The notes: generated by a model from the sequence alone, not told the origin. Shown: positions 53,501 through 61,964, counted from the first letter of the stretch. The stretch: DNA of 64,000 nucleotides from a virus (IMGVR_UViG_3300014208_000026:96001-160000), one strand, 5' to 3'. Numbers and translations: made by a program.

Positions 53501-55991
53501 GTCCCCGTTGGACAGCAGTGCCGTGTTTGAGTTCGTTGCCACGGCGGCTCTTGCCGATGACTTCTCTCCCGTCGCCGGTATTTCTACGGATGATGCCACT
53601 GGTAAGGGTCAGGCCAAGATTATCGACGGTGCGGTGTCGACCTATTACTCGGACAGTAATGCCACGGAAGCGGCCCAGGATCGCTTGATCCTTCGTAACC
53701 GCCTTGTCCCTGGTAGTGCTCTGGGTAGCCCGTTGCCCTTCGCGGCCATGGCACAAACGGGTATTGAGGTTCTGGCGGGTTCGGCTAATGCCAAGGCGGG
53801 TCTCACCACAGGTTCTACGGGCGAGGCCGGTTGGAAGGCGACGGTTCTGCCTGCAACTCTGGTCGGTTCTGCCGTGGATACCGCCCTGACGGCTACCGTG
53901 CCTCAGGTTACGTTCTATGCTGATGGCGGCACTACGGATCAGAACAACATCTTCAAGTTCAATTTCGAAGGTACTCCTATTCAGGTTACCTTCGCAGATT
54001 CCACCGGAACGGCCATTGCGGCTGGAGCGTCGGCGGTTGTGCCTCTCTGCAATGACGGTGTCGCGACTGATTGGGTGGTTAAGCAGATCGCTGATGCCAT
54101 TGACACAGCCTTCGGTCTGGTTGCAGGCACTTCTCTGACCAACGGGTATGTTGCCCTCGAAGGAGATGCTGTCCGTTTCATGGGTAGTGTTTCCGATACC
54201 ACATCCGTAGTGACTATTGGGGCTGGTAATGCAAACTCCCTTCTGGGGTTCGTTGAAGGTACTACGGCGGTCCGCACTTCGGCTACGGCCAAGGCGATTG
54301 CCTCGGCTTGTATGAACCAGAACGATGTAACGGCTCCCGCTCTCACTGACTGGTTGAACACTAAGTTCACGGCGCCGGATGCTTCCAGTTTCGCAAAGGA
54401 GGCTCTGGCTTCCACGATCCTGGACGATGCTGGCCGTGAGTACTTGTTCTTCGAAAGCCAGGGTGCTCCTGGTGCTTACGGGTCCAGCACGAGCGTCTAC
54501 TGGACTGCCAGCATCACGGATTCCGTGCTTCTGCATGGGACTGGGGTCAATGCTGAAGTCGGTGATGGCGCTGTTGGTGACGACGGGGTCTCGGGCTACT
54601 TCGTGACCTCTTCGGTTTCTGACGGTTCGGGCTCGGCTAACACCTCTGTGTTCAATGCCGTTGCTGGTACCAGCTATGGTCAGGACGGCGTGGTTGGTCA
54701 GACCTATCGCGACGACGTTACGGGTCTGACGTTCACGGTTCTGCCTCTGGCTGGCGGGCAGAAGTACCCCACTGGGGTCAATGCCACGTTCCAGTTCCAG
54801 TGCCGTAAGACCTTTACGACGAATTCGAACATCCCGATCACGACGATCCCTGGTATCGAGCTTCTCGTGACGAACACCGCTTCGGTCGGGGCTGCGAACA
54901 CGGCCCTGCTTTCCACCTACCACCGGTCCGGCAATGAGCCTGGAATCGGGGAGTACTACTACGCGACCTACATTTACACGAAACAGAACTTCAGCACTGC
55001 TCTCTACACGAAGCTTTCGATCATCGAGCAGGCATTCGGAGAGACTAGCCCTGACAACCCCGTTTCCTTGGCCGCTCACCTTGCCATGCTGAACGGGGCG
55101 GTCATCGTCGGGATCAAGCAGATTCTGAAGGGCGAGAATGGGGTCCAGGGTACCGTGACGGCTTACAGGGATGCCATTGACGAACTCGAAGGTTCGCTCC
55201 CTGGTTCGGTCTACCCCGATATCCTGTGCTCGCTCCGTGGGGATAACCTGGAGCTGTACCAGTATCTCCTCCGGCACTGCGACTTGATGAGCAGCATCCG
55301 CTATCGGGCGGAGCGCACTGCGGTGTGCGGTACGGCCAGTGGCACCTCTCCGACCACGGTCCAGTCGTGGGCTCAGAACATCGGTGGGGCTCGGTTCCGC
55401 ATGATGTACCCCGATTCGGCCACGCTGAACCTGACGGATGCCCTGAACGTGACCACCGAATACTTGGTCGACGGTCCGTTCTTGGCTGCGGCTCAGATTG
55501 GGCGAGTTGCCTCTCCCAACGTGGACGTGGCGACTCCGTGGACCGGCATGAACCTCGTTGGGTTCACCGGCCTGGGTCGGAACCTCGATATCGTGACGAT
55601 GAACCAGATTGCTCAGAAGGGCGTCACGCTCGTCGAGTCTCGTCCCCCGAACCTGCGTATTCGGCACGGGCTCACGACTGACATGACCAACAATCTGACG
55701 AAGATCCCGACGATCTACCAGATCACCGATGAGGTCCAGCAGCGTACCCGTGACGCCATGGAGAAGTTCATCGGTGTCAAGTTCCTGCCGGGTATTCTGA
55801 GTCAGATCGAAGGTCGTCAGGCTCAGGTGTTCAAGTTCCTCGTGGACGCCCAGATCATCTCGGCTTACACGGGGATCCATGCGAGCATCGATCCTTCAAA
55901 TCCTACAACTGCGGACCTCAGCGCTGCATTTTCTCCTATCTTCCCCCTCGAAATGATCCTGGTCCGCTACTTTTTGCGGAGCAGCCTCTAG
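50523..55991 (+). CDS. Contractile tail sheath protein, very large (1822 aa)
   Basis: N-terminal PPGVYTE; C-terminal sheath-like domain ending FIGVKF...FSPIFPLEMILVRYFL; GAGG RBS; beta-rich central insert. Confidence 0.88.
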   Translation: MGFPGKQYAPPGVYTETTTENPVSAVLTGLKLPVFMGEGNENLVQTALEVVRGSSASVDQQVVQEDMDGRAVVSISGTGVVTLGAFDGVLDRIQVRNFPLVSGDGTGVTTNSRNAVTVTINQQPIVIRAVTGVNGVIQLAQAPALGDVVRVTYFFDRTDTLTTDTVSGQVTTDPATIYGVVGVADVDVGGTETFDFLSTNNQLVLTVDREVQTTITIPVGSYSARMVGIILDSAGVGTLTATRYEDNFGKSAVVLVADNDITIGAGSANAVLGLVAGQTTARNRTFYTYNGPIVDGSNGGVTTTDPGTVTVRVDGTAVVPTSVDGSSRAVTLPYAPASGSTVTVTYYFNTWQDTFDYLAHIGVTDVTRCGITADRSDFVEGADFVLHDDKIVWGTAALVDAGTTVSGSGSFGSNQITPTLVDVRAYLETCNTVVDTSVTPSVVSKRVFQLPYQPTTGNGRSTPLGSSLFQSVSNNRIGLPTDRPDLVLAYWGYSVQDALSRGAVTVVKVDSTNSTFTLASDVPPDANVYATFYYNTITDATYTMTCVTPGASGIGTYTVQDSAGDDVYGLTYNTGSKGSSLTGIAIQFPSGSEYTPDFRFESGSQGPVEEAITVRFAATQDKLAKYATPGYGPYYPISGASDHVGLTVDAAAYNVDLSTPSGIAATGGGFFATLVGEEVVYTGGGTAGIVGRNFELDANEEFNLKLDGVTYTASFPMKAAATRTVADMASYINRAVVGETGAAQAGGAASITLASTASDVDDYYVGWTVFVKAGPANHDVRIITAYNGGTKVATVAYNFTGIPLITNTYTLRNIKSAMGVAQANIGGLSTVTLDTSASAVNDYYVGWKIFVTTALGVYYDEKTVTDYDGATKVATVSSAYGVLPAATDLYYLYDLTPVRAKYTAAGHFTGSYTVALASGFHTLRFTYTGFPTTAANVVATIADGTYTPSALAAAVGDAINKALRAHASFALDPPPTVDVTLNGSGQLEFAFTKSPLDSSAVFEFVATAALADDFSPVAGISTDDATGKGQAKIIDGAVSTYYSDSNATEAAQDRLILRNRLVPGSALGSPLPFAAMAQTGIEVLAGSANAKAGLTTGSTGEAGWKATVLPATLVGSAVDTALTATVPQVTFYADGGTTDQNNIFKFNFEGTPIQVTFADSTGTAIAAGASAVVPLCNDGVATDWVVKQIADAIDTAFGLVAGTSLTNGYVALEGDAVRFMGSVSDTTSVVTIGAGNANSLLGFVEGTTAVRTSATAKAIASACMNQNDVTAPALTDWLNTKFTAPDASSFAKEALASTILDDAGREYLFFESQGAPGAYGSSTSVYWTASITDSVLLHGTGVNAEVGDGAVGDDGVSGYFVTSSVSDGSGSANTSVFNAVAGTSYGQDGVVGQTYRDDVTGLTFTVLPLAGGQKYPTGVNATFQFQCRKTFTTNSNIPITTIPGIELLVTNTASVGAANTALLSTYHRSGNEPGIGEYYYATYIYTKQNFSTALYTKLSIIEQAFGETSPDNPVSLAAHLAMLNGAVIVGIKQILKGENGVQGTVTAYRDAIDELEGSLPGSVYPDILCSLRGDNLELYQYLLRHCDLMSSIRYRAERTAVCGTASGTSPTTVQSWAQNIGGARFRMMYPDSATLNLTDALNVTTEYLVDGPFLAAAQIGRVASPNVDVATPWTGMNLVGFTGLGRNLDIVTMNQIAQKGVTLVESRPPNLRIRHGLTTDMTNNLTKIPTIYQITDEVQQRTRDAMEKFIGVKFLPGILSQIEGRQAQVFKFLVDAQIISAYTGIHASIDPSNPTTADLSAAFSPIFPLEMILVRYFLRSSL

Positions 55992-56023
55992 TCCTTGATT
56001 TCATTCAGGTTTCCTAGTTTCTG

Positions 56024-56052
56024 TTGACTCAGGCTGCCATCGGGTCTATACT
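56024..56052 (+). promoter_or_regulatory. Sigma70-like promoter TTGACT-N17-TATACT
   Basis: Near-consensus elements with a 17-nt spacer. Confidence 0.7.
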
Positions 56053-56055
56053 CCT

Positions 56056-57567
56056 ATGAGGATAGGAGTAGGTGATTTGATGGGTGGTTGTAGATCCAAA
56101 GCGACTGTAGAAGAGATATTGGCAGCTTTCCATACCGATGAAGGTTTTAAGGCCGTAGCCAAACGTTTGGGTCTGTCTCCCAACACTCTTCGGCCTATAT
56201 GGCAAGAGAAATTCGGAGAAGACGCTTTCGTGAGTAGAGGGAAAGCCCTCCAAGCCCGAGCCGCAGCCAAGACCCTCAAGGAAACAGCAGGCAGTCGGGT
56301 CTATAAAAAGGAGACAGTTCCCTGTTCAAAATGCGGGATTCAAGTGTTGCTGAAAAAGACTCAAACGGCTCAGCTTAATTGGGAGGCTTTCGTCTGTGAT
56401 GCCTGTAAGTTTGATCGGGCCTGCCCGGTTTGCGGGCAACTCGTGGATGGCAAGAAGGGTCTTGCCATCCACTTCGGACACCAGCGAAATGCAGAGGACA
56501 AGGCACATACTATCTACCAGGAAACTTTGAGCGCCCGTTATTGGGGGGATCTTGTTGAAGGGGAGGACTTTGTCAGTTGTCTTTTTTGTGGTGCCCGAGT
56601 TAAAAGCTTGGTTTTGCATCTGACTGCCGCTCATGCCATGATGGTTGGGGCTTATCGAGAGAGATTCCCCGACGCCCCTATCCAGTCTCGTAAATGTTCG
56701 GAAGCCCGCTCGGAAGCTGCTCAGAACCGAGAAGACTACGGTAAAGGAGAAACTAAGGACATTATTTGTCCCGATTGCGGGGTGTCTTGGACGGGCTCTA
56801 AATTTCTAGCCCCTGAAATGCATGACCTTCGGTGCTCCTCTTGCCGTGACAAAGCTGAAAAACTTTTGAAACAAGAGACGGAGACTTATTGGGCTGGAAA
56901 AACAGAGCCAGATGATTATGTTGAGTGCCGATTGTGTGGGTGGAAAGGGTCGGTTATTTTGGGGCATGTCTTAGGAGCCCACCCTCAAGTTCCGATGCCA
57001 GAGTACAGGAAACAGTTTCCTGGTGCCCCACTGGCAGCTACCGGAGTGTTGACTTACCCTACCCATAGGATTGATCTTACCAAGGATGACCTTGAACCTT
57101 TCAAGGACGAGAAAGGTCGAGTACAAGTTGCTAAGGCAGCAGAAGCTCTCAACTGTTCGTGGGTTACGGTTCTCCACTATTGCAGAGAAACAGGTATTCC
57201 GACTCGAAACAAGTTGGCATTCCAGAAGTTGGTGCTAGATACTGTGTCTGGCCTTTTGGGGGAGCCCTACAAATGGGAGTGGCACGACCCCAGGATTGTG
57301 AACCCTCTGACAGGCTACTGTCTATTTTTTGATGGGTTTTTCTCAGGCCCCAATCTTTTGGTCGAGGTGCACGGAAGACAGCACGATGTTCAAGTGGATT
57401 ACTGGCACAAGACCAGAGATATTTTCGAGCAGATGCAAGAGAGAGATCATTTGAAAGCCAGAATGGCGGTCCAGTTGGGATTCAAGATGCTGACTATCCG
57501 TTGGAACGAGCCCTACACGGATGTGGGGTATCTGAGGAAGAAACTCGCTAGTATTGGCGTGCTGTAG
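56056..57567 (+). CDS. Free-standing putative homing endonuclease: HTH, repeated zinc fingers, C-terminal PD-(D/E)XK (DUF559-like) domain
   Basis: Two CxxCG...H...H...YR..FP.AP repeats; LFFDGFF...LLVEVHGRQH...LTIRW; ATG 56080 with GGAG/AGGTG RBS is an alternative start. Confidence 0.78.
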   Translation: MRIGVGDLMGGCRSKATVEEILAAFHTDEGFKAVAKRLGLSPNTLRPIWQEKFGEDAFVSRGKALQARAAAKTLKETAGSRVYKKETVPCSKCGIQVLLKKTQTAQLNWEAFVCDACKFDRACPVCGQLVDGKKGLAIHFGHQRNAEDKAHTIYQETLSARYWGDLVEGEDFVSCLFCGARVKSLVLHLTAAHAMMVGAYRERFPDAPIQSRKCSEARSEAAQNREDYGKGETKDIICPDCGVSWTGSKFLAPEMHDLRCSSCRDKAEKLLKQETETYWAGKTEPDDYVECRLCGWKGSVILGHVLGAHPQVPMPEYRKQFPGAPLAATGVLTYPTHRIDLTKDDLEPFKDEKGRVQVAKAAEALNCSWVTVLHYCRETGIPTRNKLAFQKLVLDTVSGLLGEPYKWEWHDPRIVNPLTGYCLFFDGFFSGPNLLVEVHGRQHDVQVDYWHKTRDIFEQMQERDHLKARMAVQLGFKMLTIRWNEPYTDVGYLRKKLASIGVL

Positions 57568-57582
57568 ATAGGACGAGAAGAA

Positions 57583-58539
57583 CTAGATCACCGCAGGAAC
57601 GCCAGCCTTCATCAGGTCCGACTTTTCTTTCGTGAGCAGGCGGTCGAGAAGAACGGCCTGATCATGGGCTCCCGTAGTTTCCATCAAGTGGACGCAGAAG
57701 GACGCCACTAACATCGGGGTCGTGAGCTTCTTGGCGACGAGGGCCAGCAGAGCCTTGAATGCCATCGGGAAGCGGAGCGTGAAGCCAGCGGTCTTTACGT
57801 TAGTATCGGTGCTGGCCAGAACAGTAGCGGCCGGTTCAACATTCCCGAGGGCCACGAAATCCGACTTCTCACGGGTGAAGAGGCGGTCGACCAGAACGGC
57901 CTGATCGTGGTAACCCTTGGTTTCGAGCAGATAGACCACAAAGGCGGCCACCGTCAGGGGGTTCGGAAGTTTGGCGGCTACGACGCCCATTAGCGTCTTG
58001 AAAGCCATGGGGTAGTGGAACACAAAACCTGCTGTCTTCACTGCTGGAGCGCTGGCGGTCTTGTCCGCTTCAGGCTCCGCCTTCTTCAAGTCCCCCTTCT
58101 TCTGAGCGAGGATCTTGTCGATTTTAACTGCTTCCGCCGTGGCGCCCAGGACGTCCAGGAGGTGAACGCAGAAAGCTGCGGCAACCAGCGGGTTGGGCAT
58201 TTTCTTGGCAACCATGGCCAGGAGAGCCTTCTGAGCCGGATTCAGCTTGAGCTGGTAGGTCGGGCCGTCAGCAGCCTTCTTGGCAATGTCTTCGATCTTG
58301 CCTTTGTTGGCTTCCCACTTAGCTTTCGCTTCGGGGCTCATGCTATCCGTGGGGTCTTTGCCCGCCTTCTTGGCAATGTCTTCAATCTTGCCCTTGTTTG
58401 CTTCCCACTTGGCCTTGGCCTCGGGGCTCATGTTCTCGGTGGGGTCCGCTCCGGCGGTCTTGAGCACGCCGAGCAGTTCGGAGCGGAATTTCGGAAGGTC
58501 GTGAGCGAGTCGGACGATGGACGCACGAAGATTCTTCAT
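57583..58539 (-). CDS. Leader-bearing repeat protein (318 aa): two 29-aa and three ~60-aa repeats separated by KTAG/KKAG
   Basis: MKNLRASIVRLAHDLPKFRSELLGVLKTAG; DPT..MSPEAKAKWEANKGKIEDIAKKA x2; P.A.K.L...VA.K...P...A.F.V.L x3. Confidence 0.85.
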   Translation of the reverse strand: MKNLRASIVRLAHDLPKFRSELLGVLKTAGADPTENMSPEAKAKWEANKGKIEDIAKKAGKDPTDSMSPEAKAKWEANKGKIEDIAKKAADGPTYQLKLNPAQKALLAMVAKKMPNPLVAAAFCVHLLDVLGATAEAVKIDKILAQKKGDLKKAEPEADKTASAPAVKTAGFVFHYPMAFKTLMGVVAAKLPNPLTVAAFVVYLLETKGYHDQAVLVDRLFTREKSDFVALGNVEPAATVLASTDTNVKTAGFTLRFPMAFKALLALVAKKLTTPMLVASFCVHLMETTGAHDQAVLLDRLLTKEKSDLMKAGVPAVI

Positions 58540-58560
58540 AGGATGTTTCTCCCTTAGGTT

Positions 58561-58581
58561 CTACTAAGGGAAAGGCTATAG
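58561..58581 (-). promoter_or_regulatory. Putative late promoter CTAT-N13-GTAG (minus strand)
   Basis: Exact motif; flanks nearly identical to 32538. Confidence 0.7.
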
Positions 58582-58596
58582 GGGGAAAATTGAACG

Positions 58597-58773
58597 CTAG
58601 GACTGAGGTTCTTGACGGGAGACGAATGTCTGACAGTAGGAGCGGGAGGCGCACTGGTCGCAGTTACAGCCCTGTTCGTGGGAATGCCCATGGGATTTCT
58701 TTCGGGAATGGGCAACCAAGCAGGCCAGCAGGTAGGCTGCTGTGAGAAGGATGAGGCCGGTTCCGGTTTCCAT
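58597..58773 (-). CDS. Small membrane protein with His/Cys-rich tail
   Basis: One TM helix then HGHSHEQGCNCDQC...C. Confidence 0.55.
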   Translation of the reverse strand: METGTGLILLTAAYLLACLVAHSRKKSHGHSHEQGCNCDQCASRSYCQTFVSRQEPQS

Positions 58774-58774
58774 G

Positions 58775-59290
58775 CTAGGCACTCTCCCTTTCTTCGGGGT
58801 ACTTCAGGAAGCGTTCTTCCCGTTCCTCTTCGTGGCGGATTCGGCAGGGGAACTGCCAGAACCCGTAGTGATCGAGGTGACCCTTGCCATACGAGAGGTT
58901 CTCGGCGATATCGCTGGAAGTACCGCAATCAAGGTCCCCACAGGTTGGGATACCACGGGGCATTTCGGAGTCTGCCGACCTGGGATGGTTCCGACAGATT
59001 TGGTTCCAGGTGTCCTGGCGGAGAGCCCTACATAGCGGGTCGGTACACTTGAAGTTTCGGATTCCGTGGGTACGGCACCCGAGGATCTTTTCGAGCAGGT
59101 AGTACAGGACGGGGTACTGATGAAGCTTGTCGGCGTCGGTCTGGTATCCGACCACTGCGGACTGCCAGTCTCCGTGACGGAGCCACAGGCAGACGTCTCG
59201 GGCGACACCACTGTTGTACCGGTACAGCCGACAGCAGTTCTCTATGCCGTCAGCATAGACTTTCTGCAGTTCGAGCGAGGGAGTGTCCAT
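58775..59290 (-). CDS. Cys/His-rich hypothetical protein (171 aa)
   Basis: ATG 59290 lies downstream of the early promoter at 59324. Confidence 0.6.
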   Translation of the reverse strand: MDTPSLELQKVYADGIENCCRLYRYNSGVARDVCLWLRHGDWQSAVVGYQTDADKLHQYPVLYYLLEKILGCRTHGIRNFKCTDPLCRALRQDTWNQICRNHPRSADSEMPRGIPTCGDLDCGTSSDIAENLSYGKGHLDHYGFWQFPCRIRHEEEREERFLKYPEERESA

Positions 59291-59323
59291 AGTGCTCTGG
59301 TCCGTCAGTCTATCCACGTTTTC

Positions 59324-59361
59324 TATATACGCCAAAGCGGGCCGGAATGAAACAGAAATCA
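59324..59361 (-). promoter_or_regulatory. Putative early promoter GATTTCTG-TTTCAT-N17-TATATA
   Basis: One of six conserved copies. Confidence 0.75.
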
Positions 59362-59748
59362 GACCGCCATTTGTCCACGAACGAGTCGGATTGTTTCTTC
59401 TGGTGTGTTGGCTTCGACGGGAGCACATTCTGCCCAGCGACCCTGGAAACAACCTGCCGTGACACTGACCCAGAACTGAAGGTAGGTTTCCTTTTTCTTG
59501 TCGGTGCAGGCATAGACCTCACGCTGTTTCTTGTCAAGTTTCCAGGTGTACTGCGGGAAAGCGGCACGGACAGCAGTGCAAAGGTCTTCGTAGTCCTGGT
59601 CAGCGGCTTTGCGGGCTTCCTCTTGCAGAGCCTTTTTGTCCCTCAAAAGATTGGAGTCTTTGATGTTGAGTGAGGAGAAAACGGCTAGAGCTTCATTCGA
59701 AGGCAGGGTCCACGTGTAGGGTTTCTTGGCCCAATCGGTCAGGTGCAT
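59359..59748 (-). CDS. Hypothetical protein (129 aa)
   Basis: GGAG RBS; operon packing. Confidence 0.65.
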   Translation of the reverse strand: MHLTDWAKKPYTWTLPSNEALAVFSSLNIKDSNLLRDKKALQEEARKAADQDYEDLCTAVRAAFPQYTWKLDKKQREVYACTDKKKETYLQFWVSVTAGCFQGRWAECAPVEANTPEETIRLVRGQMAV

Positions 59749-59751
59749 GAT

Positions 59752-59985
59752 CTAGTCTCCTTCTTTTTTCGGGTGAGCACACTTGGGGCAATAAACAGTA
59801 TGGCCCATCATCATAGCGAAGAATCCAACGGTGTATCCCCAGCCATCCTTCTCGTTTGCCTGTTCGCAGGCTTCGAGTTCCGGTGCTGCGGATTGTACCG
59901 AATAGGACTTGGATTTCGTTCCGCAAGTGTCGCAGGTCAGAATGCCCGACCGTTTCTTGCCTTTGCCCGTCACGTCAACGCCCAT
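59752..59985 (-). CDS. Small zinc-finger protein (CDTC...CPKC)
   Basis: Two CxxC pairs; operon packing. Confidence 0.65.
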   Translation of the reverse strand: MGVDVTGKGKKRSGILTCDTCGTKSKSYSVQSAAPELEACEQANEKDGWGYTVGFFAMMMGHTVYCPKCAHPKKEGD

Positions 59986-59991
59986 GTTCGT

Positions 59992-60750
59992 TTAACTCCC
60001 CTGCTGTCCGAAGATATCTGTGATGGTTGGAGCCCTGTGGTTCTGCCACAGGACCTCGACAGATTTCTTCCCGCCCGTTTTTGATTCGTTCGCTTTGATG
60101 GAACCGAATTCTTGAAAGGGGAGCCAATCGGTCCCTTCGGCTCCGTTTTCGCAAACCAGTACTTGACCTTTTCTGGTTTTGCACCAATCACCGAGGGCCT
60201 GGAAGTCGATATCTTTAGAACTGCACCGGTAGCTTTTCCCGGCTTTCAAGTACGGGGGATCGATGAAGTAAGTCGCCTCAAGGTCGGGAGTAGTCTCGTA
60301 GGAGCCCTGCTGGATTGTCCAGTGCCGAATGTGCTGTACTTGATCTGCGATTCTTCGACGAACGGTGTTCCCCCAGTCGGAGTTCGGTCGAATTCCGCTT
60401 TTCATCCACGTTGAAGGTGTCTTGCAAGGAGTAGGGGAACCACGGTTGATCCAGAAACCGATCAGCCAACGTGCCTCTTGCGGCAGTTCCGGAAAGTCGT
60501 CAGTGCTCTGGTCTGGCCCGAGATCAGGGAGGGCCAAGATTTCTTCGGGTGTGACGTGGATGAGGTAATCCCAGAGGCCGCAGATCACCTCATACTTGTC
60601 GACGAGGATTATCCTACGGTCGGAGTAGCGAAGGGAGTAACCCGCGGCACCGGCAAACGGCTCGATGATCGTGTCATGAATAGGTGCGGGGTAGCGAGGT
60701 GCGGCTCTCCACTTGCCCCCGTAGTAGAGAAAGAACGGTTTCAGGTTCAC
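59992..60750 (-). CDS. DNA adenine methyltransferase (Dam/D12-like, alpha class)
   Basis: YYGGKW; IEPFAGAAG; YFIDPPY. Confidence 0.92.
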   Translation of the reverse strand: MNLKPFFLYYGGKWRAAPRYPAPIHDTIIEPFAGAAGYSLRYSDRRIILVDKYEVICGLWDYLIHVTPEEILALPDLGPDQSTDDFPELPQEARWLIGFWINRGSPTPCKTPSTWMKSGIRPNSDWGNTVRRRIADQVQHIRHWTIQQGSYETTPDLEATYFIDPPYLKAGKSYRCSSKDIDFQALGDWCKTRKGQVLVCENGAEGTDWLPFQEFGSIKANESKTGGKKSVEVLWQNHRAPTITDIFGQQGS

Positions 60751-60752
60751 AT

Positions 60753-61928
60753 CTACTCCTTGATTAACCCCAGTTCCCGAAGAGCCGTAAAGACAAGCTT
60801 CATTTCCTGCTTCTGGAAAGCCCCAGACAAAGCCCGCAGTACAGGAACCTTCCCCACCACGGTGATATCGAGTCCCGTTGCCTCGTAAGCAGTCCGGACC
60901 TTATCGTGCCAGCGGATCTTGGAAGTCACAATCCCCACGGCTTTCTCGATTGTACCCAAGCTGGCGTCAACCTGCGACTGGTTGAATTCCTCCAGGAGAA
61001 GTTTCACGGTTCCTTCGACGGTTGGCTCAGGAGAAGATTCCAGCAGGTTCCACACGGTCGGGAGGATTCGAGACAGAGGGATAGTGTCGGACGCCCAGTG
61101 AATGCATTCCACACCCTCGGGCTTGGCCTTGTAGAGGTGCCACTTCTGCTCTGCATCCCGGAGGTAAAGAACATAACCCTCGGTCCCGTCGATGAAGGTT
61201 TGATCCCCTTCTGTTACCTTCTTGTTCGTGGCTTCCGCCTCGGTCCGCAGCTTGTTGTAGAAAGCAATAAGGTCTGCCCCGCTGGTCAGACGTGCCGCAG
61301 GTTGCAGGACAACCGGATTGGTCTTGTCAAACTGGTCGTTGGGGATCACGGAGGCAGTCTTCTGGTTCACCCCGAACAGAAGTTTCGTTGCCAGGGACTC
61401 GGGGTAGCGGATCAGGTGGGTGTTGCGTTGGCCGTACATTTCGAACGAGAGACCCAGATTCTCGTCGACGAGAGCAACGAGAGCCCGCAGGCTTTCGTTC
61501 GTGTCGAGGAGTTCCTGCCACATGGAGCGGAACGGCCCGAAGCGGGATTCCGTCAGCACGGGGGTCAGGCGGGTCTTGAAAGAGGTGAAACGATTCCCCT
61601 GTGAATTCGCGTAGTTATAAGCGAACACGTTAGACCCGTCCAATTTCAAAAACGCGATTACGTCCTGAGCGGGGGGAAAGTGGTATGACCGAGTTCCCAG
61701 GTCCGTGGAGCCAAAGGGATAGTGAAGCTTGGGGGTTCCATAGATCACTTGGGGCTCAGGCAAGTCTGCCCCTGCCACTTTGAAAAGAACCATAGCGCCG
61801 TAGCGATGGTCTGACTGGTGGCAGAGGTACCCTTCGAGGACTTGATTCCCATTGAAGGTGTCCGGTACCTCGAAGGGAGCCAGGACCGAGGTCTTGCAGT
61901 CAAGTAGTTGGGCGGCACGTTCCAGCAT
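60753..61928 (-). CDS. ATP-dependent RNA ligase (Rnl-type nucleotidyltransferase)
   Basis: KLDGSN (motif I); FEMYG; LLFG; EGYVL; YKAK. Confidence 0.85.
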   Translation of the reverse strand: MLERAAQLLDCKTSVLAPFEVPDTFNGNQVLEGYLCHQSDHRYGAMVLFKVAGADLPEPQVIYGTPKLHYPFGSTDLGTRSYHFPPAQDVIAFLKLDGSNVFAYNYANSQGNRFTSFKTRLTPVLTESRFGPFRSMWQELLDTNESLRALVALVDENLGLSFEMYGQRNTHLIRYPESLATKLLFGVNQKTASVIPNDQFDKTNPVVLQPAARLTSGADLIAFYNKLRTEAEATNKKVTEGDQTFIDGTEGYVLYLRDAEQKWHLYKAKPEGVECIHWASDTIPLSRILPTVWNLLESSPEPTVEGTVKLLLEEFNQSQVDASLGTIEKAVGIVTSKIRWHDKVRTAYEATGLDITVVGKVPVLRALSGAFQKQEMKLVFTALRELGLIKE

Positions 61929-61964
61929 TTCTTTTGTCTCCTACCGTTCCAGCCAGTCTTTTTC

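Noticed and set aside
50304-55880. 1858-aa minus-strand ORF
   Set aside because: Antisense shadow of the tail sheath produced by codon bias; no motifs or RBS; the + strand has sheath termini.
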